Shown in pieces: positions 29,373-38,912 of a DNA stretch of 64,000 bases. The notes below the pieces were generated by a model. That model worked only from the letters and a program-made list of their open reading frames with translations, searched no databases and was not told the origin of the DNA. Every line of letters starts with the position of its first letter. Position 1 is the first letter of the stretch. The DNA lies in NCBI GenBank assembly GCA_030532245.1, contig JAUNLN010000003.1:10552-74551 (forward strand). Direction: 5' to 3'. The translations under genes were made by a program, and so were the position numbers. This stretch comes from Actinomycetaceae bacterium. Its GTDB lineage: Bacteria; Actinomycetota; Actinomycetes; Actinomycetales; Actinomycetaceae.

Positions 29373-30938
29373 TTATCTACTTGCGTACTGCACGCGGCGG
29401 CGCGTTGCTACCGTGCGCACGAGGCCCGAGACGAACAGTAGGCCGGATAGCCCCATCACCGCGTAGCTCAGCCACTCCCCCCACCTAGCTGAGAAGGTAA
29501 GCGACGTGCGTAGCGGGATATCCTCAACGATCCAGTCGGACGTGTACAGGTCGGTCACCTTACGCACGTTTCCGTTTGGCCACACAATCGCCGAAACACC
29601 GTTCGTCGACACCTGCATGGCCGTCCTAGAAAGAGACATCGCGCGAAGCTTCACCATCTGGAGCTGCTGGGTAGCCTCAGGCGTGAAACCAAAGGAGGAG
29701 TTGTTCGTTGGAACCGCGAGGAACTGCCCTCCAAGGCGCACAGCCTCGGAGAACACGTGCTCGTAGGCCGCCTCAAAACAGATGCCAATACCCATGTCGA
29801 CGCGCTGGCCATCCAACTCCAGACGCATCAGGCCCGGCTTGTCTCCAGGCAGCATGTCTACAGCAACCTTCGCCGTGTCTTTCGACAGGATCGACAGGTA
29901 CTCCCGATACGGGATGAACTCACCGAACGGCACGGGCAGCTGTTTCGTGTAGACGTCGCCGATGGAGCCGTCCGGGTACCAAACGAGGGCCTCATTCCAC
30001 CTGGCGTCATCCTCGTAGCGCACGACTCCTACAACGATCGGCACCTGCGCCTCATTCGCAACGCCGCGCAGAATGCGCGCCGCGTCCCGGTTTGTGCGCG
30101 GGTCTTGATCCATCGAGTTCTCGCCCCACAGGATCACGTCCACGTCCATACCGGCCTCCAGCGCCTCCAGCGTGGTATCCGCGTGGTTCTGGGTGACCTT
30201 CATGTACGTGCCGTACGTCGTGTTTGCCGGCAGTTCGACGTTGCCTTGGATTACGCCGACTCGCAGTTGCCCGGCCTCCTCCTTCGCATCAAGTTGCAAA
30301 CCGAAGGGAGCCGCAACGATTAAACCGGCAAGCGCCACGGCCAGTGGGCGCCTAAGCCAAAAAGCGGAGTGCGCGGGCACAAAACTGAACGCGCGGCGAA
30401 CGAGCACCGAAGCCGTGACCACGACGAGGCCGATCGTTATCTCCGAGCCCCACGGCGCGAGGGTGCGCAGCGGTGAATCGACCTGCGAATACGCAACGAA
30501 ACCCCACGGGAAGCCCGTAAAAGGCCAGGAGCCGCGGAACTGTTCGACTCCCACCCAAAGAATGCCGACGGCAAACGAGTATAGGAAGAGTGAGCGCCTA
30601 ATCCAGTCGATTTGGCGCATTAGGGCAACGCCCATGCCAAACAGCGCGAGGAACAGCGCCTGCACGAAGGCGAGCGCAAACCACGGCAGGTAGGTGCCAA
30701 CCGACACGGTTGCCCACCAAATGTGAGGCAGGAAGAACCCGAGACCAAACACGAAGCCGTACCACGTGGCGCGCCCGACCTTCACCCGGTCCAGCGCAGA
30801 CACGAGGAGGATGATCGAGGGGAACACGAGGAACCAGTAACCCTGATCGGGGAATGCCGCCCACATCATCGCCGCGGCAAGTGCTAGCTGCAGGTAGTCC
30901 AAAAACCTCCTGCGCTTTGGTAGATACGAGGCGTTCAC
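29373..30938 (-). CDS. lnt: Apolipoprotein N-acyltransferase
   Basis: WPFTGFPWG, IQGN, WGEN, KQLPVPFGEFIP, ICFE (E-K-C triad); GTG start overlaps helY stop. Confidence 0.93.
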   Translation of the reverse strand: MNASYLPKRRRFLDYLQLALAAAMMWAAFPDQGYWFLVFPSIILLVSALDRVKVGRATWYGFVFGLGFFLPHIWWATVSVGTYLPWFALAFVQALFLALFGMGVALMRQIDWIRRSLFLYSFAVGILWVGVEQFRGSWPFTGFPWGFVAYSQVDSPLRTLAPWGSEITIGLVVVTASVLVRRAFSFVPAHSAFWLRRPLAVALAGLIVAAPFGLQLDAKEEAGQLRVGVIQGNVELPANTTYGTYMKVTQNHADTTLEALEAGMDVDVILWGENSMDQDPRTNRDAARILRGVANEAQVPIVVGVVRYEDDARWNEALVWYPDGSIGDVYTKQLPVPFGEFIPYREYLSILSKDTAKVAVDMLPGDKPGLMRLELDGQRVDMGIGICFEAAYEHVFSEAVRLGGQFLAVPTNNSSFGFTPEATQQLQMVKLRAMSLSRTAMQVSTNGVSAIVWPNGNVRKVTDLYTSDWIVEDIPLRTSLTFSARWGEWLSYAVMGLSGLLFVSGLVRTVATRRRVQYASR

Positions 30939-33703
30939 GCTGCACCTTCTGCTAGTGCCACAACCGAGCGGCGAATCGAATCGGCGGCCGTATGCGCGGT
31001 GGAGCGCAGCGAATCGGGGGCAACGGATGCCACCTGACCGAGCGCGTCGATCACCTGCCGGCACCAGCGCACCCAGTCCCCCGCCGCGAGATCCGCGCTT
31101 CTAACCGCGGATGCGAGGTCGTCGCCCATAACCCACCAGTAGATTGCGGGCATGATGCCGTACTCGAGGGGGCCGGTATTTGGCGCATGCGCATCGTTCT
31201 CAGCCCGGTTCACATCCTTCAAGATGAGCTCCGTGTGGTGCAGAGCGCGCGCAAGATTACCGTTTTCACCACCTGGAATATCAGATTCTGGATCGTGGTC
31301 TTTACGAGGTTCAAAAACGCACGTGGAGAGCACCGCCGCAAGTTCGGCGGGTTTCAGCTCGTCCCAAATGCCCGCGCGGATCGCAAGCGCAATCACAAGG
31401 TCGCGCTCACCGTAGATACCGCGCAGAATCTGCCCGGCCTCCGTCAGCTCATTGCCGTGCAGCGCCCCTACCCTATCGAGCACCGACGTGATTCGGTCGA
31501 ACCGCTCAGACAGGGAGGAGGTTTCAGTCTGCACTTTGTCTGCAAGGCGCAGGTAGTCGCGCCTAGAGGTTAGCCACGGCCTCGCCGCGCGCGCGTGCTC
31601 GTCTCGATCCGGGCAAGAATGCACCGGATGGGAGCGCACCTCACGCTCCAGCCGGTCGATCTCGGCCTGCAAATGCCTCGGGACGGGTAGTTTCTTGCGC
31701 TTTGGAGCGCCAAGACGGCCCTCCTTGCGCATGAAGCGAAGGTCGGAAGAGATCGCGGCCTTAAACCTGGACGGTCTGCGAATATGGTTCTTCTTGATAC
31801 GCATGTGGCCAACTACCGAGACGCCCTGTGAGAACGAGTCGGGGGTTGCGATCTCCACGTGACCGTCAGAGCCGATCACCTGCACGGAAGCGCCAATGCG
31901 ACCCGGCCTTGGAGCGTGGACGACGACGGCATCCATCGGCCTCTTGCGACCGGGAATCGAGACGACGTCGCCAACGTTTAGCTTCAAAATGTCGCGGCTC
32001 ACGTCTTCGACCTTCATCACCTGACGCATTTTAGCGCCCTCTTTTTGCAGTCTCGTCAGGTCATCGCGCGCGATGAAGTACGAGTGCGCGTTTCCACGCG
32101 AGCACTCGAACGTGCCGTCAAGCTCATCCATGCGTTTCTTCGCAAGCCTCGTCTCCCGGGCCACTCCAACAACCTTGCGGTCGGCTTGGAACTGGGCGAA
32201 AGACTCGTCCATGACCTCCCGGGCCTGCTGGATCGTACCCGCCGCAGCAAGGTTTGCAACCATGTTGTACGTCGGCCTGAACGCGGAGATGAGGGGGAAC
32301 GTGCGTTTAGAGGCGAGCGACGCGACTTCTTCAGGCTCGATGTCGGCAGTCTGCACAACGACGGCGTGCCCCTCAACGTCGATACCTCGCCTACCCGCGC
32401 GACCCGTCAGCTGCGTGTACTCGCCGGGGGTTAGAGAAACGTGGGCAACACCGTTGAATTTGCGAAGCGAGTCGAGAACTACCGTGCGTGCCGGCATGTT
32501 GATACCAAGCGCGAGGGTTTCCGTTGCAAAGACCACCTTGATGAGGCCCGCGGCAAACAGCTTCTCAACGGTCTCTTTTTGAATCGGGAGCAAGCCCGCG
32601 TGGTGTGCCGCAACGCCGGCCTCGAGCGCGGCCGCCCACCTGTGTGCCCCTAGTACCGCGAGGTCTTCGGCAGACAGGGTTGAGATCGCCTCATCGACGA
32701 CAGCCGCAATTTCCTGAGCTTCCTCGCGCGTAGTGAGGGTGACGCCGGCTGAGACTACGGCATCTTGCGCCTCATCGCATCCGGCCCTGGAGAAGATGAA
32801 GTAGATAGCGGGGAGCAGGTGCGCCTGCTCTAGGGAGATGACGACCTGGGGCTTGGAGACGCGGCGTGAGCGGCCTCCGGTTCCCCTCATGCGCCGGCCG
32901 CCGGCGAGCCCGCGCTGCGCCTCGTAGGCCGAGCGTGACTGGATGCCCCTCGCGTCGGAGATCGCCGCGCGAAGCTGCGGGTTAATACGCCCGTGCAGCA
33001 CGGGAGCCCCGTCGGCCGTAGGCCGATACAGGTCGTAGATTTTCCGCTCAACCATCATGTGCTGGTACAGCGGTACGGGACGGTTTTCAGACACGATCAC
33101 CGCGCATCCGCCGCGCACCTGGTCGATCCAGTCGCCAAACTCCTCCGCGTTTGAAACCGTTGCCGAAAGGGCGACGATCTGCACGTGAGGGGGCATGTGA
33201 ATGATGACTTCTTCCCACACGGGGCCGCGGAACCTGTCGGCAAGGTAGTGCACCTCGTCGAGAACAACCGCGCCAAGATCGGTGAGGTCTTTGCCCGAAT
33301 AGATCATGTTGCGGGCAACCTCGGTGGTCATCACAACGACGGGGGCCTCGCCGTTGATGGACGTGTCGCCCGTTAGGAGGCCTACGTTTTCGGAGCCGAG
33401 GCTACGCGACAGTTCGAGGAACTTCTGGTTTGAAAGCGCCTTGATGGGAGTCGTGTAGAACGCGCGCTTTTGCGCCTCTAGGGCAACGTGGAGGGCGAAC
33501 TCGCCGACGATAGTCTTACCCGAGCCGGTGGGAGCGGCAACCAGCACGCTCTGGCCGGCGTCGACCTGTTCGAGCGCCTGCTTTTGGAAGTCGTCGAACT
33601 CAAAATCGAAGTTCAGAGCAAAGTTAGCCCGCTGCGTTCGCGCGTAGGCTGCCCGTTTCTTCGCCTGCCGGTAGCGCTCTGCTGCCGAGAGTTCCTCCGT
33701 CAC
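30935..33703 (-). CDS. helY: Ski2-like DEVH RNA helicase HelY
   Basis: APTGSGKT, PIKALSNQK, DEVH, SAT, GRAGRRG. Confidence 0.93.
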   Translation of the reverse strand: MTEELSAAERYRQAKKRAAYARTQRANFALNFDFEFDDFQKQALEQVDAGQSVLVAAPTGSGKTIVGEFALHVALEAQKRAFYTTPIKALSNQKFLELSRSLGSENVGLLTGDTSINGEAPVVVMTTEVARNMIYSGKDLTDLGAVVLDEVHYLADRFRGPVWEEVIIHMPPHVQIVALSATVSNAEEFGDWIDQVRGGCAVIVSENRPVPLYQHMMVERKIYDLYRPTADGAPVLHGRINPQLRAAISDARGIQSRSAYEAQRGLAGGRRMRGTGGRSRRVSKPQVVISLEQAHLLPAIYFIFSRAGCDEAQDAVVSAGVTLTTREEAQEIAAVVDEAISTLSAEDLAVLGAHRWAAALEAGVAAHHAGLLPIQKETVEKLFAAGLIKVVFATETLALGINMPARTVVLDSLRKFNGVAHVSLTPGEYTQLTGRAGRRGIDVEGHAVVVQTADIEPEEVASLASKRTFPLISAFRPTYNMVANLAAAGTIQQAREVMDESFAQFQADRKVVGVARETRLAKKRMDELDGTFECSRGNAHSYFIARDDLTRLQKEGAKMRQVMKVEDVSRDILKLNVGDVVSIPGRKRPMDAVVVHAPRPGRIGASVQVIGSDGHVEIATPDSFSQGVSVVGHMRIKKNHIRRPSRFKAAISSDLRFMRKEGRLGAPKRKKLPVPRHLQAEIDRLEREVRSHPVHSCPDRDEHARAARPWLTSRRDYLRLADKVQTETSSLSERFDRITSVLDRVGALHGNELTEAGQILRGIYGERDLVIALAIRAGIWDELKPAELAAVLSTCVFEPRKDHDPESDIPGGENGNLARALHHTELILKDVNRAENDAHAPNTGPLEYGIMPAIYWWVMGDDLASAVRSADLAAGDWVRWCRQVIDALGQVASVAPDSLRSTAHTAADSIRRSVVALAEGAA

Positions 33704-34527
33704 AGCTCCTCAGTCTCCTCTTTCGTTTCAAGCGCTGCAAGAGCAGCGTCAAGTTCGGCTTCCTCGCGGGCCTGACGCCTGTCGTAACGCCGATCGTGAA
33801 TGTATGAAATCCCAACGGCGAGGAAGTAGAGCGCAAGCATGGCGAGTGCCTGGAACGTCATGTTCCACGGGTCTGGTAGCGGGTTCGCGAACGCGGTGAA
33901 CACGAACGCTGAGATAACGGCCCAGCGCCACGCTTTCAGCATGGACTTTGCACGCAGTACGTTCATGAAGTTGAGACCCACCATTGCGAGCGGCACTAGG
34001 AATGACGTGCCGAACACGATCACGAGGCGCATGTAGAAGCTGAAGTACATGGAAGAGCGCATCAGCATCACTGCCGAGTCGGGGGCAAACGAGGTCAGGA
34101 TCGTGACGGCGTGGGGCATAATCCAAACGCCAACCGCTGCGCCCGCCGTAAACAGGATCGCACCGGCAACCGTGAATGCTACGGCGTAGATCTTTTCCTT
34201 TTTCTTTAGGGCAGGGCCAATGTAAGCCCAGATTTGATAGACCCACCAGGGTGTCGTGAGGATGAAGCCTGCGAACATCGACAGTTTCAGCTTCAAATCA
34301 AACGCTGCCGATACGGTTTCAAAGTTCAGTTCAGCGCTCAGACCAGACGATTGCAGGTCTTTAAGAGGCTGCGCCATGTACGCAAAAAGATACGGGTACA
34401 AAAACCAGCCGGCCACCGTACCGACCATTACACCCGCCAAAATGAGGATAAGCCGGCGGCGAGCCTCCTTTAAATGATCGACGAGGGGCATTCGCCCCTC
34501 GGGATCACGTTTCGCAAGCTTCACCAT
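33700..34527 (-). CDS. tatC: Twin-arginine translocase TatC
   Basis: MPLVDHLKEARRRL, YQIWAYIGPAL, 6 TM. Confidence 0.93.
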   Translation of the reverse strand: MVKLAKRDPEGRMPLVDHLKEARRRLILILAGVMVGTVAGWFLYPYLFAYMAQPLKDLQSSGLSAELNFETVSAAFDLKLKLSMFAGFILTTPWWVYQIWAYIGPALKKKEKIYAVAFTVAGAILFTAGAAVGVWIMPHAVTILTSFAPDSAVMLMRSSMYFSFYMRLVIVFGTSFLVPLAMVGLNFMNVLRAKSMLKAWRWAVISAFVFTAFANPLPDPWNMTFQALAMLALYFLAVGISYIHDRRYDRRQAREEAELDAALAALETKEETEEL

Positions 34528-34538
34528 GGTGAGAAGTT

Positions 34539-34733
34539 CTATTCGCCCTTTTCCTCAGCCTTTGGAGAATCCTTCGAGCCTTCCTCACCATCTTCGGTTA
34601 GCTCTTTCATCTCCTTTTTCAAAACCTTCGCGGACTTGCCGATGTTCTTCGCGATCTCAGGAAGCTTAGAAGCGCCAAATACGAGAATCAAAATGATCAA
34701 CAGCACGATGATGTGCGATGGCTTAAAACCCAT
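34539..34733 (-). CDS. tatA: Twin-arginine translocase TatA
   Basis: LVFGASKLPEIAKNIGKS; RBS GGAGG. Confidence 0.93.
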   Translation of the reverse strand: MGFKPSHIIVLLIILILVFGASKLPEIAKNIGKSAKVLKKEMKELTEDGEEGSKDSPKAEEKGE

Positions 34734-34765
34734 TGTTGCCTCCGATGACTAGATATGTACTAATG

Positions 34766-35704
34766 CTACTTTAACCCGTCAAAATACGCGCGTACGCTGT
34801 CGCGGTTAGCTATCGCGTTTCGCGCTTTTTCTTTCGCCTTATCGAGCAGGTCTTCCCTGCTGATTTCCTCCAACCAAGGGGCGACGAGAAGAATTTGCGT
34901 GACCATCCACTGCTCGTCAAACACCTCGTAAACCGCTCGATGTCGGCCGCGGTAGGTCTTGATCTGCGCGTTCCCCTGAGCCGCAGCCCGCCCGTTTGAA
35001 TCAATGAAAATCCAAACCTGCTCGCCACTAGGCTGCTCTGGCAATGGCCTTTTTTCTAAGCCGACACCCGAGCGAAGCTCCTCCATCCGATCGAGCCTGA
35101 ACGAACGCCTCTCACCTTTAACGAGGTCCGCGCCCTCCACGAGCCAGTGGCGTCCAGCCTGCTTAATCCGAGAGGGGAAGATCCGGCGAACCGACCTCAC
35201 TCCCCCATTATTCACGTAGGTGAACTGCACGGAGTGGTTGTAGTAGAGCGCGCTTTGAATCACCTCGCGGCGCTCCACGATCGCCTCGTCTTCAAGCTCT
35301 ACAAACTTTGAAAAATCGAGAGTGAGGTTTCGCGCGGCCAGCAGTTTTAGCGCCGCACTGTACGCCGATTCGCGCATGTCTTGCGGGAGCATGTAGGTAA
35401 GGAACACGAGGCCCGTAACAAACGCGATCGTCTCATCATCAGATAGGCCAAGCTTTGTGCCCACGCGGTTCAGGTCGTCGAAGCGCACGTGACCGAACTC
35501 CTCGTACGCGTACCAGTCGAGCCCCATCTCCTCATCGGGCATTCCGTCGCCATAAAACGCGTTTCCAAGCACCTCAACCGCGAATGCAACATCGTGCTTG
35601 CTAACGCCGAAGTGACCCGCAATCTCCTCAATGTCTGCGCCGCCGCGTTCTTGGAGCCAGGCAAGGATCGTGAACATCAACGTAACTACGTTTGGTTTTG
35701 CCAC
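34766..35704 (-). CDS. pafC: WYL domain regulator, PafC-like
   Basis: N-terminal wHTH (EEIAGHFGVS), WYL domain RRIFP..WLVEG..RSFRLDRM; pafBC-tatAC synteny. Confidence 0.8.
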   Translation of the reverse strand: MAKPNVVTLMFTILAWLQERGGADIEEIAGHFGVSKHDVAFAVEVLGNAFYGDGMPDEEMGLDWYAYEEFGHVRFDDLNRVGTKLGLSDDETIAFVTGLVFLTYMLPQDMRESAYSAALKLLAARNLTLDFSKFVELEDEAIVERREVIQSALYYNHSVQFTYVNNGGVRSVRRIFPSRIKQAGRHWLVEGADLVKGERRSFRLDRMEELRSGVGLEKRPLPEQPSGEQVWIFIDSNGRAAAQGNAQIKTYRGRHRAVYEVFDEQWMVTQILLVAPWLEEISREDLLDKAKEKARNAIANRDSVRAYFDGLK

Positions 35705-36594
35705 TACTCCCCCAACGCTTCTAGTCGAGAATCGACAGCCTCAACGAGCGAAGGCGGTCCAAGTACCACCACGTCTTCGACCTCTCCGAGTACTCGCTCA
35801 AGCCACACGCCAAGGGAGGCGGCATTGCCGTCGTGAACCTCCCAGCCGGCAGGAGCCTCATTGGCAAGACGCGTCGTGTGCTGGCGCGTGAGCGGAGCCG
35901 CCCCCTCACGCACGACAAGTAGCGGGGTTACGAGCATGAGTCCGCTCTTTTGCGCAGGAGGCGGCATGAGCATCTGCTGGGGCAGGATCTCAATGTCCGC
36001 GTCATCCACGCGCGACAGGCGAAACACGCGCCGCTCGCGGCGCAGGTGATCGTAACCGGCGAGGTAGAGGCTGCCCTCCTGCATGAAGATGTACCACGGG
36101 TCAACCCTGCGCCTTTGCTTATCACCATCTCGGCGCCTGTACGTGAACAGCACGGGCTGCTCGAGCGACACGGCCTTCGCGAACGCCGCAACCGCGCGCA
36201 GGCTCGCAAGATGCGACGAAGGCATAATCTCCGGGCTCGTAAGCGCAGCTTTCAGGCGAAGCGTGAAATCCGGCTCCAGTTCATCGGACCAAAGCCCAGC
36301 CGCCGCGTGAACCAAAAACTCCTCTGTAGCCGTTAGATCAGCGCTAATACCAGAACCCTTGCGGAGCCTATAAACCGTCTCACCCAAATAGTTCCGATCG
36401 GTCTCGAGGTTAAAGCCAAGGTCAAGCAAATCCGCCTTATCGCGGGTGAAACGCTTTTGCTGCGCCTCCTCATTACCTTCTGCGTAAGCGGGCACGAGCT
36501 TGAAAATCTGCGCCGCAGTAAGCCCCAATTCGCGCCCGGACAGCGCTAAAACAAGGCTCAAAAGCCGGTGTGCTCGATGCTCTTTTTCACTCAC
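35704..36594 (-). CDS. pafB: WYL domain regulator, PafB-like
   Basis: RLLSLVLAL, KRFTRDKADLLDLG, RRVDPW..YLAGYD..RVFRLSRV. Confidence 0.82.
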   Translation of the reverse strand: MSEKEHRAHRLLSLVLALSGRELGLTAAQIFKLVPAYAEGNEEAQQKRFTRDKADLLDLGFNLETDRNYLGETVYRLRKGSGISADLTATEEFLVHAAAGLWSDELEPDFTLRLKAALTSPEIMPSSHLASLRAVAAFAKAVSLEQPVLFTYRRRDGDKQRRRVDPWYIFMQEGSLYLAGYDHLRRERRVFRLSRVDDADIEILPQQMLMPPPAQKSGLMLVTPLLVVREGAAPLTRQHTTRLANEAPAGWEVHDGNAASLGVWLERVLGEVEDVVVLGPPSLVEAVDSRLEALGE

Positions 36595-36623
36595 GGTATA
36601 ACCATAACCGCTATGCTGAATCC
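36595..36623. promoter_or_regulatory. Back-to-back leaderless promoters for pafB and DUF3866
   Basis: TATGCT-6 nt-GTG on plus and TATGGT-6 nt-GTG on minus. Confidence 0.55.
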
Positions 36624-37754
36624 GTGTTGCAAAGAAATGCCAAAGTGAGGGAAGTAGGGCGCGCCTGGGGTCGAGCCATCGAGGTGAGCGCCGAAATCAC
36701 GGGAGCGCCCGCAGGCGCAAACGCATTCTTTGCAGGTGAAACCGTGCGCGCCATCGCACTCACCGAACTCGTTGGCCCCGTAAAAGTCGGGGACGAACTA
36801 CGCATCGACTGCTCCGCCCTTGCAAAAAGCCTTGGAACCGGCGGATACGCAACCGTCATCGCAAACATGGCGCTACCCGCCGACGAGATTCCCGCTCGCG
36901 GGCACATCGTCAAAGCCCGCTACATGCCCCACCAGCACATTGTGCAAAGCGTGGAGGAGCCCGACTCTGTCCACCACGAGGTGATGCAATCGGCCTCCGA
37001 CCTGGAGGGCGTGCCCGTGCTGGTTGCCGACCTGCATTCGGCCGTGCCCGCGGTGGTTGCCGGTATTAGGAGCGTGGATCGCGCGGCTCGCATCGCCTAC
37101 GTTTGGGACGACACGGCCGCCCTACCGCTTGCCTTCTCCATGCAGATTGCGCGCATGAGGGAGGCCGGCGACCTGCAATGCACGATCACGTCTGGCCAAA
37201 GTTTTGGCGGAGACCTCGAGGTGGCCTCAATGCCCTCGGCCCTACTTGCTGCGAGGCACGTGGCGGGTGCGGACTACATTGTGGTCGCGCAGGGGCCGGG
37301 CAACCTCGGCACCGCAACCCGCTGGGGCTTTTCAGGCACGGCAACCGCGCAGGCGCTCCACGTGGCTCACGCGCTCGGCGCCGCTCCCCTGCCTGTTGTT
37401 CGCGCGTCGAGTGGCGACCCGAGGCCCGAGCACCTTGGCATCTCGCATCACACGGTATCCGTGCTCGCCGACCTCGTGCTCGTGCCGCTGGACGTGCCCG
37501 TACCAACCGCCTCCAGCCTCGACATTAATCCGCAGGCTCTACGGCTCTTCGAGGAGCGCCTAGAAATCCTTGGCAGGAAGCATCGGATTCACCGGGTGGA
37601 AGGCGAGCAGGCTCTTGCCGCCCTGGAGCTAACAAACGTTCCACTTCGCACCATGGGCCGCGGCCTCGAGCAAGACATTCTCGCGTTCACCGCCCCCTCC
37701 GCGGCCGGCATCTACGCGGCTAGCCTTTCGCGCACCGAGTCGTTAGAGCCTTGA
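36624..37754 (+). CDS. DUF3866 family protein
   Basis: LGTGGY, GHIVKARYMPHQ, ADLHS, GQSFGGDLE, QGPGNLGT..WGFSG; start set at GTG 36624. Confidence 0.85.
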   Translation: MLQRNAKVREVGRAWGRAIEVSAEITGAPAGANAFFAGETVRAIALTELVGPVKVGDELRIDCSALAKSLGTGGYATVIANMALPADEIPARGHIVKARYMPHQHIVQSVEEPDSVHHEVMQSASDLEGVPVLVADLHSAVPAVVAGIRSVDRAARIAYVWDDTAALPLAFSMQIARMREAGDLQCTITSGQSFGGDLEVASMPSALLAARHVAGADYIVVAQGPGNLGTATRWGFSGTATAQALHVAHALGAAPLPVVRASSGDPRPEHLGISHHTVSVLADLVLVPLDVPVPTASSLDINPQALRLFEERLEILGRKHRIHRVEGEQALAALELTNVPLRTMGRGLEQDILAFTAPSAAGIYAASLSRTESLEP

Positions 37755-38588
37755 GGCTGAAAGCTCGGTGACGAGGATGCCGCGCGCACCCGCATCGTAG
37801 AGCTCGTCCATCACTCGGTTAATGTCGCCGCGGGGAACCACCACGCGCACAGCCAACCACTGCGGGTCGGCAAGCGGCGAAATCGTGGGCGATTCAAAGC
37901 CCGGAGCAATCGCGGTCGTACGCTCAATATCGCGCTCGTTCACGTTGTAATCCACAACCACGTTCGCATGAGCACGCATCACGCCGTCAAGGCGGCGCTT
38001 CAACACGGCAACCTGCGGGTCGTCCCGGTACTCATCGCGCGAAATGAGGATCGCCTCCGACTCCAGCAGAACCGGGCCAAACACCTCAAGGCCGGCAGCG
38101 CGAAGGGTTGAGCCGGTCTCCACCACGTCAGCGATAACATCCGCGACGCCGAGTTGAACGGAAGACTCGATCGCACCGTCGAGGTGCACAACCTGGGCGG
38201 AGATGCCCTCACGCTCGAGGAACGTCTTCACCAGGTGATCGTAGGAGGAGGCAACGCGCTTGCCCTCAATCTCCTTCAGCTCCTTCATCTGGCCCGCGGG
38301 AGCTGCGAAGCGGAACTTAGAGCGGGCAAAACCGAGCTGCTGGATTTCAACCGCGGGAGCACCCGAGTCGAGAAGCAGGTCGCGACCCGTAATACCAACG
38401 TGGATCGTGCCCTGACCGACATACACGGCGATGTCGCGGGGGCGCAGTAGGAACAGCTCCACATCGTTTACGTCGTCAAACAGTACGAGCTCGCGGCCAC
38501 GGCGGTTTACCTTGTAGCCCGACTCGGTGAGCATGCGGACGGCCGCTTCGTGTAGCGAACCCTTATTCGGAACAGCAATTCTAAGCAT
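37743..38588 (-). CDS. hisG: ATP phosphoribosyltransferase (long form)
   Basis: [34 protein letters not shown]. Confidence 0.96.
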   Translation of the reverse strand: MLRIAVPNKGSLHEAAVRMLTESGYKVNRRGRELVLFDDVNDVELFLLRPRDIAVYVGQGTIHVGITGRDLLLDSGAPAVEIQQLGFARSKFRFAAPAGQMKELKEIEGKRVASSYDHLVKTFLEREGISAQVVHLDGAIESSVQLGVADVIADVVETGSTLRAAGLEVFGPVLLESEAILISRDEYRDDPQVAVLKRRLDGVMRAHANVVVDYNVNERDIERTTAIAPGFESPTISPLADPQWLAVRVVVPRGDINRVMDELYDAGARGILVTELSASRL

Positions 38589-38851
38589 CAGAGTTTCCTA
38601 TAAATATCCTCGAGAGTAAGGCCCTTCTTAATCATCATCACCTGAGCGTGATAGAAGAGCTGAGAGATTTCCAGTGCGGCATCGTCATCTGACTCGTACT
38701 CGCACGCCATCCAAACCTCAGCGGCCTCCTCAACGATCTTCTTGCCAATCGCGTGAACACCGGCATCTAGTTCTGCAACAGTGCCCGAGCCTTCCGGCCT
38801 AGTGATCGCTTTTTCGGATAGTTCGCGAAACAGTTCCTCGAATGTCTTCAT
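38588..38851 (-). CDS. hisE: Phosphoribosyl-ATP diphosphatase
   Basis: [30 protein letters not shown]. Confidence 0.95.
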   Translation of the reverse strand: MKTFEELFRELSEKAITRPEGSGTVAELDAGVHAIGKKIVEEAAEVWMACEYESDDDAALEISQLFYHAQVMMIKKGLTLEDIYRKL

Positions 38852-38869
38852 ATCCTCGATGATAACGAA

Positions 38870-38900
38870 AAGTGGGCGCGAGGCTCACTCGCGCCCACTT
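38870..38900 (-). terminator. Terminator after ribY-like gene
   Basis: AAGTGGGCGCGAG-GCTCA-CTCGCGCCCACTT, T-run on minus side. Confidence 0.75.
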
Positions 38901-38912
38901 AGAGAACAGGGG

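Noticed and set aside
34766-36594. WYL proteins as anti-phage defence regulators
   Set aside because: Synteny with tatAC-helY identifies them as pafBC; no defence genes nearby.
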